A DNA stretch of 64,000 bases. Source: an uncultured delta proteobacterium. GTDB taxonomy: Bacteria; Myxococcota_A; Polyangia; Polyangiales; JAFGIB01. The translations under genes and the position numbers were made by a program. How positions within the stretch are numbered: position 1 is the stretch's first letter; each line of letters begins with the position of its first letter. The stretch covers positions 736,001 through 800,000 of the forward strand of contig CAVZVA010000003.1 in assembly GCA_963778655.1 (NCBI GenBank), written 5' to 3'. Below, one piece after another: positions 26,457 to 38,509 of the stretch. The notes under the pieces are model-generated. The model was not told where the DNA came from. It ran no database searches and was given only the letters and a program-made list of their open reading frames with translations.

Positions 26457-26998
26457 CACGACCGGCGATCGGCTTACTGCTCGGGCTGGCCGCCGGCACA
26501 GCCGGCTCCGGCTGCAAGCACGAGCAGCCGAGCGAGCAGGCGCAACGCCGCGTGCTGCTCACGCCGCCCGACACCAGGCGAAATCTGCAGAAGCAACGCG
26601 AAAAGCAGCAGGTGCTGGACGCCAAGGGCAACCTGATCCCCTCCGATCAGGTGGTGGCGGGGATCGTCATGCCGCGCGGCCTCGAGCTCTACGCGAGCTC
26701 CGAGCACGATTGGGACTTCAAGGCGCACCACGTGCCGGCCGACGCGCTCGAGCGCTACTTCGCGCCGCGCCTGCTGGCGACCGGCGTCACGCACAGCCTG
26801 GGCGGAGCGGTCACCTTCGAGAAGGCACAGCCCAAGGACAACCCCAAGTCGCCGCTGGTGCAGCTGCGCATCGTGAGGTTGCGCGGCGAGCTCGACGAGA
26901 GCGAGCTGTTTCTGCGCCAGGCGGTGCCGGGCAAGGTGTACCCGAGCGGCGCCGAGGCCGAAGCCCAGCTGCAAGCGCGGCGCGCGCACGCGGAGTAA
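26453..26998 (+). CDS. Lipoprotein coupled to pilY1
   Basis: TTGA overlap with pilY1 stop; lipobox GSGC. Confidence 0.7.
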   Translation: MTRPAIGLLLGLAAGTAGSGCKHEQPSEQAQRRVLLTPPDTRRNLQKQREKQQVLDAKGNLIPSDQVVAGIVMPRGLELYASSEHDWDFKAHHVPADALERYFAPRLLATGVTHSLGGAVTFEKAQPKDNPKSPLVQLRIVRLRGELDESELFLRQAVPGKVYPSGAEAEAQLQARRAHAE

Positions 26999-27099
26999 CG
27001 GCCACGCGCGCGACGCGCACAGGCGCCGTCAGGCCGTCGCCCGAAGCAAGCCCGCACGGGCGATCTTCATCCGGCCTTCCCGCCTTCCTGTTTCTCCGC

Positions 27100-28176
27100 C
27101 TAGGCCGGTAGCAGGGCGCGCAGCGCCGACAGCAGTCGGGCGTTCTGCTCGGGCGTGCCGACGGTGATGCGCAGCGAATCGCGCAGGCGCGGCTCCGGGA
27201 AGTGGCGCACCAGCACCCCGCGCTGCTCGAGCCCCTGCTGCAGGCCGGGCGCGGAGGCGGCGCGCGGCGCGCGCGCCAGGACGAAATTGGTCTGGCTCGG
27301 CGGCAGCTCGAAGCCGAGCGCGCGCAGCTCGGCGCCCAGTCGCTCGCGCTCGGCGCGAACCTTGCGCCAGCTGTGCTCGGCCTCCGCCCGCTGCTCGAGC
27401 GCGACCGTGGCCAGGCGCTGGGCCACGGCGTCGACGTTGTAGCTGTCGCGGGTCTTCCACAACATCGGCGCGATCAGCGAGGCCGCACCCAACCCGTAAC
27501 CGAAGCGCAGCCCGGCCAGGCTGTAGCCCTTGCTCAACGTGCGCAACAGCAGCAGGTTGTCGTGGGCCGCGAGCAACGCGACCATGTCGTGGCCGAGCGC
27601 CGGATCGACGAAGTCGACGTACGCCTCGTCGACCAGCAGCACGCCCCGAAACGCGCGCGCCAGCCGCGCGAGCTCGGCGGCCGCAAGCAGGTTGCCCGAG
27701 GGCGCGTGGGGATTGACCAGCAGCAGCAGCTGCGCACCGCCGTCGTTCATCTGCGCGGCGAGATCCGCAGGCGGCGACCAGTCGGCGCCGGCCTCGGCCG
27801 CGAGCACCGGGCTACCGTGGATCTGCGCCAGCACCGGATACAGTGAGTAGCTGGGCGCGACCACGCCGATCGGCGCGCCCGGCTCGACGAAGGTCGTGAG
27901 CGCCAGGCGCAGCAGCTCGTCGCCCCCGTTGACGGCGATCAGCTGCTCCGGGCCGAGGCCGTGCATGGCCGCGGCCACCTCGCGAAAGCCCTCGGCGCTC
28001 GGCGGCGGGTAGCGCCGCAGCGCCTCCGGCCCGATCGCGCGCAGGGCCTCCATCACCGCCTGGCACGGCGGGTAGGGGTTCTCGTTGGTGTTGAGCTTGA
28101 TGGTGTCGCTCGAGGCCGGCTGCTTGCCCGGCACGTAACCCTGCATGGCGGCGATGTTGGCGCGCTCGTAACCCAT
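27100..28176 (-). CDS. hisC: Histidinol-phosphate aminotransferase
   Basis: KLNTNENPY, VDEAYVDF, RTLSKGYSLAGLRFG. Confidence 0.95.
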   Translation of the reverse strand: MGYERANIAAMQGYVPGKQPASSDTIKLNTNENPYPPCQAVMEALRAIGPEALRRYPPPSAEGFREVAAAMHGLGPEQLIAVNGGDELLRLALTTFVEPGAPIGVVAPSYSLYPVLAQIHGSPVLAAEAGADWSPPADLAAQMNDGGAQLLLLVNPHAPSGNLLAAAELARLARAFRGVLLVDEAYVDFVDPALGHDMVALLAAHDNLLLLRTLSKGYSLAGLRFGYGLGAASLIAPMLWKTRDSYNVDAVAQRLATVALEQRAEAEHSWRKVRAERERLGAELRALGFELPPSQTNFVLARAPRAASAPGLQQGLEQRGVLVRHFPEPRLRDSLRITVGTPEQNARLLSALRALLPA

Positions 28177-28277
28177 GTCGATCCCTGGCCCGAGGCGGCC
28201 GGCGCCGGCCGCCGCGCGGCCCGCCTTCCATACCACGGGCCCCGCCGCGAGTCCGAGCGGGTTTACGCTATAGTTGG

Positions 28278-28787
28278 ATGGCGATGGCACTCGATCCCAA
28301 GCTCTACAAGGACGCGCTCAGCCACTTCGCGAGCGGCGTCACGGTGGTCACCACGATGTACGAGGGGGCGCCGCACGGGCTCACCGTCAGCGCGTTCAGC
28401 TCGGTCAGCGCCGACCCGCCCAAGGTGCTGGTGTGCCTGGGCAACGAGACCGACAGCAAGCCGCGCGTCTCGCAGGCCGGCTGCTTCGCCGTCCACATTC
28501 TGGGCCGCGACCAGGCCGCGCTCGGCGTCCGCTTCGCCAAGCTGCAGGACGTGCAGGCCGACCCCTTCGAGGGGCTGGGCTACCGCGTCGAGCGCACCGG
28601 CAGCCCCGTGCTCGCCGAATGCCTGGCGTGGCTGGACTGCCGCGTCGAGCACACGCTCGAGGTGGGTGACCACACCGTGTTCGTGGGCGCGGTCGAGGCC
28701 GTGGGTGGCGGCGCGACGGCCGGCGAGCCGGTGCTCTACTACCGCCGCTCCTGGCGCGTGCTGCACCCGAGCTCGCTCAAGCTCTGA
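28278..28787 (+). CDS. Flavin reductase family protein
   Basis: FASGVTVVT, GLTVSAFSSVSADPP, GDHTVFVG. Confidence 0.93.
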   Translation: MAMALDPKLYKDALSHFASGVTVVTTMYEGAPHGLTVSAFSSVSADPPKVLVCLGNETDSKPRVSQAGCFAVHILGRDQAALGVRFAKLQDVQADPFEGLGYRVERTGSPVLAECLAWLDCRVEHTLEVGDHTVFVGAVEAVGGGATAGEPVLYYRRSWRVLHPSSLKL

Positions 28788-28906
28788 GCACCGGCAGCGG
28801 CACCCCAGAGCGCGCGCGGCGGCCGTTCCACCCTGCTTGCCGGGGCTCGTCCGATCTGTTAACTTGCCGCGCGTACCAGGCACGGATTTCCGTGATTTAT
28901 CTTTAG

Positions 28907-29992
<1,086 letters not shown>

Positions 29993-30016
29993 CAGCATGA
30001 CGAGCGGGGTCGCATC

Positions 30017-30886
30017 ATGACCTTCTACCGCCGCTTTCGCGATGCCGCCGTGTGCGTGGCCCTGCTCGCCCTGCCCTTCTTCTTCCTGCACGCCAACCTC
30101 AAGGATCCGTCGCAGACCACGGTCGTCGACCGCGCCATCCTGCAAATCAGCGCGCCGATTCAGTACGTCGCGACCCAGCTCGCGGGCGGGGTGAGCGGAA
30201 TCTTCGAGCAGTACTTCTACCTGGTCGATGTCAACGCTGATAACGATCGGCTGCGGGCCGAGAACGCGCGCCTGCGCGATGCCAACTTCAAGCTGCAGGC
30301 CGCGGCGAGCGAGAACCGCGAGCTGCGCCGCCTGCTGCAGCTGCGCCAGCAGCTCAAAGGCTCGCTGCTGAGCGCCCAGGTCATCGGCAAGGAGATCAGC
30401 CAGTTCTTCCGGGTGATCCGGCTGCGGCTCGACCGCGGCGAGCGCGACCGCGTACGTCCTGGCATGCCGGTGCTGACCGCGGACGGGCTGGTGGGACAGG
30501 TGCGCCGCACCTGGGGCCGCAACAGCGATGTGCTGCTGGTCGCCGACAAGACCAGCGCAATCGACGTGGTGATCCAGCGCTCGGGCGCGCGCGGCATGCT
30601 CAAGGGCACCGGCAGCGCGGACAGCTACGTCTGCCGACTCGAGCACCTCAACCGCGAGGACGACGTGCAGGTCGGCGATCTGGTGGTGACCTCGGGGCTC
30701 GGCCAGCGTTTTCCGGCCTCGATCCTGGTCGGCCGTATCAAGAAGGTGCAGAAGAAGGACTACGGCCTGTACCAGGACGCGACCGTCACGCCGGCGGTGA
30801 GCTTCTCGCGCCTGGACGAGGTGCTGATCCTGACCTCGGGCTCGCGCGGCCAGAACGCCCAGGCGCCGGCCGGCGACCTGGAGTGA
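30017..30886 (+). CDS. mreC: Rod shape-determining protein MreC
   Basis: TM + coiled coil (ENRELRRLL), VVTSGLG; synteny. Confidence 0.95.
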   Translation: MTFYRRFRDAAVCVALLALPFFFLHANLKDPSQTTVVDRAILQISAPIQYVATQLAGGVSGIFEQYFYLVDVNADNDRLRAENARLRDANFKLQAAASENRELRRLLQLRQQLKGSLLSAQVIGKEISQFFRVIRLRLDRGERDRVRPGMPVLTADGLVGQVRRTWGRNSDVLLVADKTSAIDVVIQRSGARGMLKGTGSADSYVCRLEHLNREDDVQVGDLVVTSGLGQRFPASILVGRIKKVQKKDYGLYQDATVTPAVSFSRLDEVLILTSGSRGQNAQAPAGDLE

Positions 30887-30898
30887 GACGCAATCGCA

Positions 30899-31432
30899 AT
30901 GAGCTTCGTGCTGCTGGTCGGGTTCGGGTTTCTGCTGCTGGTGCTGGAGACGGCGGTGGCGACCCTGGTGCCGATGTTCAGCTTCGCCCCGAACCTGCTG
31001 TTGCCGATCGTCATCTACCTGGGCGTCTCTGCGGACGTCCAGATCGTGCGCGGCGCCCTGGTCAGCTTTGCGCTCGGCTACCTGCTCGACTCGTTTTGCG
31101 GCAACCCGATGGGCCTGCAGACCTTCGTGCTCACGGCCAGCTTCATGGTGGCGCGCGGGGCGGGCGTGCGGCTGTTCCCGCAAGGACCGGTGTTCCAGAT
31201 CTTGCTGACCTTCCTGATGGCCGCGGCCTTCGGGGCCACGGTGCTGGCGCTGCGGGCGATCTTCGAGCAGCCTTCGATACCTGCGCTGAGCGCGGGCGCC
31301 GGGGACACCCTGCAGATCTTGCTCAAATCGTCTGCGTCCACGGCCCTGGTCAGCCCGCTGGTCTTCGCCGGGACGCGCAAGGTGCGCACGCTCGGCGCCG
31401 GCAAACGCGAGGAAAGGACGGTATCGAGCTGA
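30899..31432 (+). CDS. mreD: Rod shape-determining protein MreD
   Basis: Polytopic membrane protein, GYLLDSF; synteny. Confidence 0.88.
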   Translation: MSFVLLVGFGFLLLVLETAVATLVPMFSFAPNLLLPIVIYLGVSADVQIVRGALVSFALGYLLDSFCGNPMGLQTFVLTASFMVARGAGVRLFPQGPVFQILLTFLMAAAFGATVLALRAIFEQPSIPALSAGAGDTLQILLKSSASTALVSPLVFAGTRKVRTLGAGKREERTVSS

Positions 31433-31459
31433 TGCCGCTTGCGGCCCAGAGATGACGGA

Positions 31460-33376
31460 ATGACGATGCTTTCGGTTCGCCGCGAAGTCGGCGAATTCAG
31501 AAAACGCTACAAGTGGATGGCGCTGTGCGTGCTGCTGTCCATGGCCGGCATCGTCGTGCGCCTGGTGCACCTGCAGCTGATCGAGCACAGCCACTGGGCC
31601 GCCGAAGCGCGGCGCAATATCACGCGCCGCATGCGGATTCCGGCCACGCGCGGGTTGATCCGCGACATGCACGGCAAGGTCGTCGCCGGCAACCGCGCGG
31701 CGTACAACGTCTATCTGACCCCGCAGCTGCTGGACCGCAGCGACGTCGAGCTGTTCGCCAAGCTGATGGGCTTCGACGACGATCAGAAGGCGGACCTGCG
31801 CGCGCGGCTGGCCGCGATCCCGGAACGGCGCCGCTCCCACGTGGTCGAGCTGTACAGCGACATCACGCGCGTGCAGCTGGCGGCGCTCGAAACCCACAAG
31901 CGCGAGATCTCCGGCTTGCAGATCCTGGCCGTGCCCGTGCGCGCCTACGCCTTCGGCAGCCTGGCCGCGCACGCCATCGGCTACCTCAACGAGGTCAACG
32001 CCGAGGATCTCAAGCGCTATCCCGAACGCGGCTACCAGGCCGGCGACTCGATCGGCCGCACCGGAGTCGAGGCCGCCTGGGAGAGCTACCTGCGCGGTCA
32101 CGACGGCGAGCTCACCAGCGTGGTAGGCCTGCGCGGGCGCGACGATGAGCCGGGTGGCCCGCGAGCCCGCACCGAGGAGCACCGGCGCGAGCCGGTGCCG
32201 GGACGCAGCCTGCGGCTGACGCTCGACATGGACCTGATGCGGGTGGTCGAGCGCGCGTTCCGCGGCCATCCCTCCGGCGCGGTCGTCGTGGTCGACGTGC
32301 ACACCGGCCGGCTGCGCGTGCTGTTTTCCAAGCCCGCCTACGACCTCAACGAGATGAGCGGACGGCTCACCACCGAGCGCGCCGCCGAGCTCAACGAGAG
32401 CCCCTTCCGCCCGCTGATCGACAAGACGGTCTACGAGACGTACTTCGCGGGCTCCACGTTCAAGCCGATCAGCGCGCTGGCGGCGCTGCAGGACGACATC
32501 CTCAGCCCCAGCGTCCACGTCGATTGTCCCGGCTACTACGACCTCGGCAAGCGGCGCTTCCGCTGCAGCCACGTGCACGGCGACGTCGACATGCACAAGG
32601 CGATCGTCCAGTCGTGCAACGTGTACTTCTATCACCTCGCCGAGCAGGTCGGCCTGGACCGCATCTCCAGCTTCGCCCACGACTTCGGGCTGGGCGAGGT
32701 CACCGGCATCGGCATCAACAGCGAGGCCCAGGGTTTCGTGCCCACGCGCGAGTGGTACATGAAGCGACACAACGGCCAGTACCACATCGGCTTCACGCTC
32801 AACGCGGCGATCGGCCAAGGCGACACGCGTGTGACGCTGGTGCAGATGGCCCTGGCCTATGCCGCGATCGCCAACGGCGGCACGCTGTACCTGCCACAGC
32901 TGGTGGAGGCGGTGGAGGCCCCCGACGGCAGCGTGATCGAGGAGTTCCCGCCGCGCGTGCGGCGCACGGTCAGCGTGGACCCCGCGCACATCAGCTACGT
33001 GCGCGACGGCATGTTCGGCGTGGTCAACGACCCCAACGGCACCGCCTACGACGCGCGCATCGAGGGCGGCGTGCCGGTCGCGGGCAAGACCGGCACTGCG
33101 CAGGTCTCGCTGGGCCGGCGGCCGGGCGGCGTCGACGTGGCCAACCCGTGGTACTACCGGCGCAGCCACGCCTGGTTTGCGGGCTTCGCGCCCGCGGCCG
33201 ACCCGCAGCTGGCGATCGTGGTGCTGGTGGAGCACGGCGGCCAGGGCGGCAAGTACGCCGCGCCGATCGCGACGCGGGTATTGCAGGAAGCGCTGGGCGG
33301 TGGCCCGCCGCGCAGCGCGCAGGCCGACAAGCAGGGCGCGCAGGAAGCCCAGGTCGCCGCCCGGGGCAAGCGGTAG
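31460..33376 (+). CDS. mrdA: Penicillin-binding protein 2
   Basis: GSTFK (SxxK), SCN (SxN), KTG motifs. Confidence 0.96.
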   Translation: MTMLSVRREVGEFRKRYKWMALCVLLSMAGIVVRLVHLQLIEHSHWAAEARRNITRRMRIPATRGLIRDMHGKVVAGNRAAYNVYLTPQLLDRSDVELFAKLMGFDDDQKADLRARLAAIPERRRSHVVELYSDITRVQLAALETHKREISGLQILAVPVRAYAFGSLAAHAIGYLNEVNAEDLKRYPERGYQAGDSIGRTGVEAAWESYLRGHDGELTSVVGLRGRDDEPGGPRARTEEHRREPVPGRSLRLTLDMDLMRVVERAFRGHPSGAVVVVDVHTGRLRVLFSKPAYDLNEMSGRLTTERAAELNESPFRPLIDKTVYETYFAGSTFKPISALAALQDDILSPSVHVDCPGYYDLGKRRFRCSHVHGDVDMHKAIVQSCNVYFYHLAEQVGLDRISSFAHDFGLGEVTGIGINSEAQGFVPTREWYMKRHNGQYHIGFTLNAAIGQGDTRVTLVQMALAYAAIANGGTLYLPQLVEAVEAPDGSVIEEFPPRVRRTVSVDPAHISYVRDGMFGVVNDPNGTAYDARIEGGVPVAGKTGTAQVSLGRRPGGVDVANPWYYRRSHAWFAGFAPAADPQLAIVVLVEHGGQGGKYAAPIATRVLQEALGGGPPRSAQADKQGAQEAQVAARGKR

Positions 33377-33433
33377 CGACAGCCCTGGCGCTTGTGTCGC
33401 CCGCAGAGATCAGCCAGCCTCGAAAACCGCAGC

Positions 33434-34540
33434 ATGGTCACCCTCAGCAAAGGCGTTCGCGACGCATTCGACTGGCCGCTGTTCGTGATGGTGGCGACGA
33501 TCGCGCTGGTCGGCGTGGTCAACCTGTACAGCGCGACCAGCGCCATGCCGAGCCAGCTGCGCGACATCTACATCCAGCAGATCTACTGGATCACGCTGGG
33601 CGCCGGCGTGGCCGTGCTGGTGGCGTCGATCGACTACCGCTACTACGAGCGCTACGCGTGGGTGGCGTACGGCGTCGGCATCACGCTGCTGGCGCTGGTG
33701 TTCCTGCTCGGGCGCGAGGTGCGCGGCTCGCAGCGCTGGATTCCGCTTGGCAGCTTCTCGCTGCAGCCGAGCGAGCTGATGAAGATCTGCTTCATCGTGG
33801 CGCTGGCCAAGCACCTGCACGACGACCCACGCACCGAGGGACGCACGCTCAAGGACCTGATCATCCCGGGCCTGATCCTGGCCCTACCGCTGGTGCTGAT
33901 CCTGGCGCAGCCGGATCTGGGCACGGCGATGATCATCGCCGCGATCTTCGGCACGATCATGTTCCTGACCCACCTCAAGCTGCGCTCCTTCGTCACCCTG
34001 GTGGTGTCCTTCCTGGTCAGCGCGCCGCTGACCTGGCGCTACCTGCTCAAGGACTACCAGCGCGAGCGCCTGGTGGCCTTCCTCGACCCGGAAAACGACA
34101 TCCTGGGCAAAGGCTGGCACGCCTATCAGGCCAAGGTGGCGATCGGTAGCGGCGGTCTGACCGGCAAGGGCTTTCTGCAGGGCACGCAGGTGCAGCATCG
34201 CTTCCTGCCCGACGCACACAGCGACTTTCCGTTCTCGGTCTGGGCCGAGGAGCAAGGCTTCATCGGCGCGCTGGTGCTGGTGCTGCTGTACACGGTGCTG
34301 GTGCTGTGGGGCCTCAAGATCGCCTCGGAGGCCAAGGACCGTTTCGGCGCGGTGGTCGCAGTGGGCGTGAGCGCGCTGATCTTCTGGCAGACGGTGATCA
34401 ACCTCGGCATGGTGTGCGGCCTGTTGCCGGTAGTCGGCATCACGCTGCCGCTGGTGTCCTACGGCGGTTCCAGCGTGCTGACCGTGATGATCGGGATCGG
34501 TCTGCTGATGAACGTCTCGATGCGCCGCTTCCACTTCTGA
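33434..34540 (+). CDS. rodA: SEDS glycosyltransferase RodA
   Basis: QPSELMK, QPDLGT, AIGSGG, LPLVSYGGSS. Confidence 0.96.
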   Translation: MVTLSKGVRDAFDWPLFVMVATIALVGVVNLYSATSAMPSQLRDIYIQQIYWITLGAGVAVLVASIDYRYYERYAWVAYGVGITLLALVFLLGREVRGSQRWIPLGSFSLQPSELMKICFIVALAKHLHDDPRTEGRTLKDLIIPGLILALPLVLILAQPDLGTAMIIAAIFGTIMFLTHLKLRSFVTLVVSFLVSAPLTWRYLLKDYQRERLVAFLDPENDILGKGWHAYQAKVAIGSGGLTGKGFLQGTQVQHRFLPDAHSDFPFSVWAEEQGFIGALVLVLLYTVLVLWGLKIASEAKDRFGAVVAVGVSALIFWQTVINLGMVCGLLPVVGITLPLVSYGGSSVLTVMIGIGLLMNVSMRRFHF

Positions 34541-34541
34541 T

Positions 34542-35867
34542 TCAGAAGCGGCCTTGCAGCCGGGCGAGCAGGCCGCCCGGCAGCGGCGCCAGCCCGAGCG
34601 AGGCGTCGGTGCTGTCCGCGCCCTCGCCATGGTCCCAACCCGAGGTCAGATGATAGGCGAGCGCCAGGCCACCGAGCGTGCCCACCAGGCCCACCGCCAA
34701 TGTCGGCGCCGCGTCCGGGCGCTTGCCCTGAGCCAGCAGCGCGATGCCCAGCCCGCTCAGGGTGCCGAGCAGGCCGCCGGCGTCGATCAACAATACCCGC
34801 GAGGTCGCCATCGGCACCGCGCGCGCGAGCAGCCCGCCGCCCAGCACGCCGGCGTTGCCCACGCCGAGCAGCAGCGCTGCCCAGGTGCCGCTGCCGAAGC
34901 TCGGCTTGAGCGCGCCCAGGAATTGGCCGCCGACCACCAGCGACCACAACCCGCCCGAAGCCGTGAGCGAGACCTGGCCCGCGCTCGGCTGCAGCTGCAG
35001 CCCGATGAAACTGCCAAGCCCCAGCCCGCTGAGCTGGCCCAGCGCGAGAAAGGCGCCGGCCGTGGCACTCGAGCCGTCGTGATCGATCGCGCGCGACGCA
35101 TACAGCAGGCCGAGCCCGTTGGCCGCGCCCCACCACGTCCCGTCGGTGGTCGCGCGCGCGAGCCCGGGTGTCACGCCGTCGGCGGTGAGCGCGAAGCTCG
35201 CGCCCAAGCCGGCGCCCGCGCCCAGCATCAATGAAGCGACCCAGGGTTGCGACTGCTCGCAGCGTGCCATCGCGCAGACCTCGGCGCCGAGCGCGATCCC
35301 GTGCACGGTCTGGAAGAACACCACCTCGGCGCGCGCCGTGGCGGTGGGGCGCGGGCCGCGCGTATCGCGCGCAGCAGGCGCGCGTTCCACCGGCAGCGGC
35401 GCCTGCGTGGCCGCCAGCAGCGCGGACAGCAGCCGCGCGCGTGCGGCCAGCGGGTTTTGGGGCGCGGCCGCGATCAGCGCCTGCAGCAGGCGCAGCGCCA
35501 GGGCGCGCTCGCCGCGCGCGAGCGCCTTGAACGCCTCGTGGTAGCTGTCTTCGGCCAGCGTGTCGGCGGCAGCAGCGGTGGGCGCGGCCGGGCTCACCGC
35601 CGCGGGCGCGGCTTCCGCTCCCTGCGCAGGCGTCCCTTGCGTTGCGGCCGCGGGTGCCGCTCGTGCTGCCGCCTGGGGCGCCGCTTGCGCTGCAGCCGCG
35701 GGCGAGGCTCGCGTCGACGCATCGGCAGGGGGCGGCGTGCCGGCTTGCGGCATGCCGGGCGCGGGCCTGGCCTCAGCACCGGCCGGCGCGGCCGTGGCCG
35801 GCTGCGCGTGCACGGCGCTCGGTGCCAGCAGCACGCACACACACAGCGCATATCCAGCGCGACGCAC
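34542..35867 (-). CDS. Hypothetical exported/membrane protein (Gly-rich helices, C-terminal Phe)
   Basis: Signal peptide, Ala/Pro linker, TPR-like helix, hydrophobic Gly-rich segments, ends LQGRF; start inferred. Confidence 0.7.
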   Translation of the reverse strand: MRRAGYALCVCVLLAPSAVHAQPATAAPAGAEARPAPGMPQAGTPPPADASTRASPAAAAQAAPQAAARAAPAAATQGTPAQGAEAAPAAVSPAAPTAAAADTLAEDSYHEAFKALARGERALALRLLQALIAAAPQNPLAARARLLSALLAATQAPLPVERAPAARDTRGPRPTATARAEVVFFQTVHGIALGAEVCAMARCEQSQPWVASLMLGAGAGLGASFALTADGVTPGLARATTDGTWWGAANGLGLLYASRAIDHDGSSATAGAFLALGQLSGLGLGSFIGLQLQPSAGQVSLTASGGLWSLVVGGQFLGALKPSFGSGTWAALLLGVGNAGVLGGGLLARAVPMATSRVLLIDAGGLLGTLSGLGIALLAQGKRPDAAPTLAVGLVGTLGGLALAYHLTSGWDHGEGADSTDASLGLAPLPGGLLARLQGRF

Positions 35868-36236
35868 CCAGGCCCCCAGCGCTCGCCCCTGGTACCACAC
35901 CGCCGCCGAGCATAGTGGCAACGCCGCGTGCGGTCGAGACGCTTGGACCCGAGCGCGAGCTCGGCAGCGCGTGGGCGCACGCCCACACCGCCAGCAACTG
36001 CACGCGCAACGCGATTGCAACGCCGCCAAGCGCGTTGGCAGCCCGTGCACGCGCCGGCGCCACGCGTACACGCGCGCGCCGCCGCAGTGCACACAGGATC
36101 GCGCCCGCGTGACGCTGGTCTGGATGTTGCACTGACGCTCTACCAGAAGTTGCACCGCCCAGCGCGAGCCAAAGCGTTCAACGAGCTCGCGCTGCGCTTC
36201 GCACGCACGCGACCACCTGGTCGCGACCGAGGATCC

Positions 36237-38277
36237 ATGCGCCCTGCACGCTGCCATCGTCACGCGAGCACGATCTCGCTTCTGGCCGCAGCCAGCTTGC
36301 TGCTCGGCGGTTGCCTGCGGCGCGAGCTCAAGCCGCTCACCCCGTGCCTGGTCTCGGGCGTGGTGGAGACGATCGGCGTCGAGAACATCGACAAGGTCGA
36401 CATGCTGTTCATGGTCGACAACTCCGACTCCATGAGCGAGGAGCAGGACAAGCTGCGCGCGCAGTTCTCGCACCTGATCAAGGTAATGACGACGGGCCAC
36501 CGCGATGACGACCCGATGCACGACTTTCCGCCACCCAAGAGTCTGCACCTGGGCGTGGTCACCAGCGACATGGGCTTGCCCGGAGTCGCGGGAACCACCG
36601 GCTGCGGCGGGCTCGGCGACGACGGCCTGCTGCAGACCCACCCCAGCGCCGGCGCGCAGGGCTGTCAGTCGAGCTATCCCCCGTTTCTGAGCTTCGACGC
36701 GAAGACCGGCTCGTCCGACCAGACCGCCGCCGACTTCGCCTGCGTGGCACTGGTCGGCACCGGCGGCTGCGGCTTCGAGCATCAGCTCGAAGCGCCGCTC
36801 AAGGCGCTGTGGCCCTCGCTCGAATCCGATGCCCGATCCCAAGACCGGCAAGAACCGCATCGAGTTCCTGGTCGACCCGGACACCGGCCTGGGAATACTC
36901 GGGCACGGCGACGCGGAGAATGCGGGCTTTCTGCGCAACGATCCGACGCACGGGCTCTCGGTGATCGCGGTCATCGTGCTCACCGACGAGGACGACTGCT
37001 CGGCCTCGGACACGCGGCCGTTCAATCTGCCCAACAATCTGTCCGCCGACGACCCGCTTCAGCAGCAGGGCCTGAACGTGCGCTGCCACTACAACCAGCA
37101 GGCGCTGTACCCGGTGGAGCGCTACGTCGAAGGCTTCAAGGCGCTGCGCCCGACCGATCCCAACCTGGTGATCTTCGCCGCGATCACGGGCGTTCCGATC
37201 AATCTGGTCGACCAGGACGCGATCGCCAAGGTCGACTTCACCAAGCAGGCGTCGCGCGACGCCTTCTACGACGGCATCCTGAACGACTCGCGCATGATCG
37301 AGCAGGTCGACGACCGGGGCACGCCGAACGTCGACGACGACAAGCTGGTCCACTCATGCAACGGCGACAACGGCGCCACCGCGGATCCGCCGCGCCGCAT
37401 CGTTCAGGTGGCGCGGGGCTTCGGCGAAAACGGGATCGTCCAATCGATTTGCCAGCAGGACTACGGCCCGGCGCTCGACACCATCATCGCGCTGATCGCC
37501 AAACGCCTGACCAGCGTGTGCCTGCCGCGGCCGCTGGTGTGCAACGACCAGGGCCTGGTCGCCTGCAACGTGGTCTGGGAGCTGCCACCGCCGCAGCTGG
37601 CCAACCCCGACACCACGCCCACGCGCTGCGGCGCACCGGGCTTCGAATTCCTGTTGCCGCCCGACCAGGGCGGAGCCACCACGACCCGGAACGGCGGCGC
37701 GATCTGCCGCGTCGCGCAACTCGCGGTCAAGGACGACCCGAGCCAACCCGGAACCAAGCACGCGGTGCCGACCACCACCGACGGTGCCCAGTTCGCCGAC
37801 GGCTGGTACTACGACGACTTCTCGCCGGACACCAAGATGAGCTGCCCGGGCAGCCTGAGCCAGCGCGTGGCGTTCAGCCCGAACGCGCACCCGCCCAACG
37901 GCGTGACCGTCAAGCTGGAGTGCCTGAACGAGGCCCAGGGCATGGCCAGCAATCGCACCGACGTGGCCACGGGCAGCGAGCCCAGCATCGGCTCACCGTG
38001 CGACCAGGTTACGCGCAACGGCCACATGCTCGAGGGCGACGCCGCCTGCGAGGTGCGCCTGAACGCGCCGACCGCGCAGTGGCCGGACGGCGTCGACCGC
38101 TCGCTATTCTGCCACCCGCAGGCCCACGTGTGCGTGCTCGGCTGCAACACCGACGCGGACTGCCCGCCGGCCTGGGTGTGCGACGACAAGCGACCGGAGA
38201 CGCTCGCGGCCACGGCCCGCCCCGGTCACGAAAACGGCACGGCGATCTGCGTCAACCCGACCTGCGGCGACCAGTGA
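36237..38277 (+). pseudogene. Cys-rich vWA-like lipoprotein split by a +1 frameshift near 36823 (real or sequencing error)
   Basis: Lipobox LLGGC, VDMLFMVDNSDSM; frame changes at CTC GA(A)T CCG ATG to continue DPMPDPKTG...VLTDEDDCS. Confidence 0.8.
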
Positions 38278-38509
38278 GATATCAGGAGCAGCACGTGCTC
38301 CTCCCGCGCGGCTCGCTTCGCTCACTCGTGAACCGATGCCTGATCGGACGCACGAAACCGCCTGCTTCTTTGGCCGCAGTTTTCGCGCCCGCGAGCCGAT
38401 CTTCGCGTAGAGTGCGCGCGTGACCCGAGCCTCCGACAGCCACGCGCGCGGTAGACGCAGTCGAGCGGCTCGCGCCCCGCGGGCGCACCCCGCGGGCAGC
38501 GTCCCGCCC

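Noticed and set aside
34542..38423. Two 831-aa ORFs in the ORF track
   Set aside because: Over-extended: better explained by 34542-35867 (minus) and the frameshifted 36237-38277 (plus)
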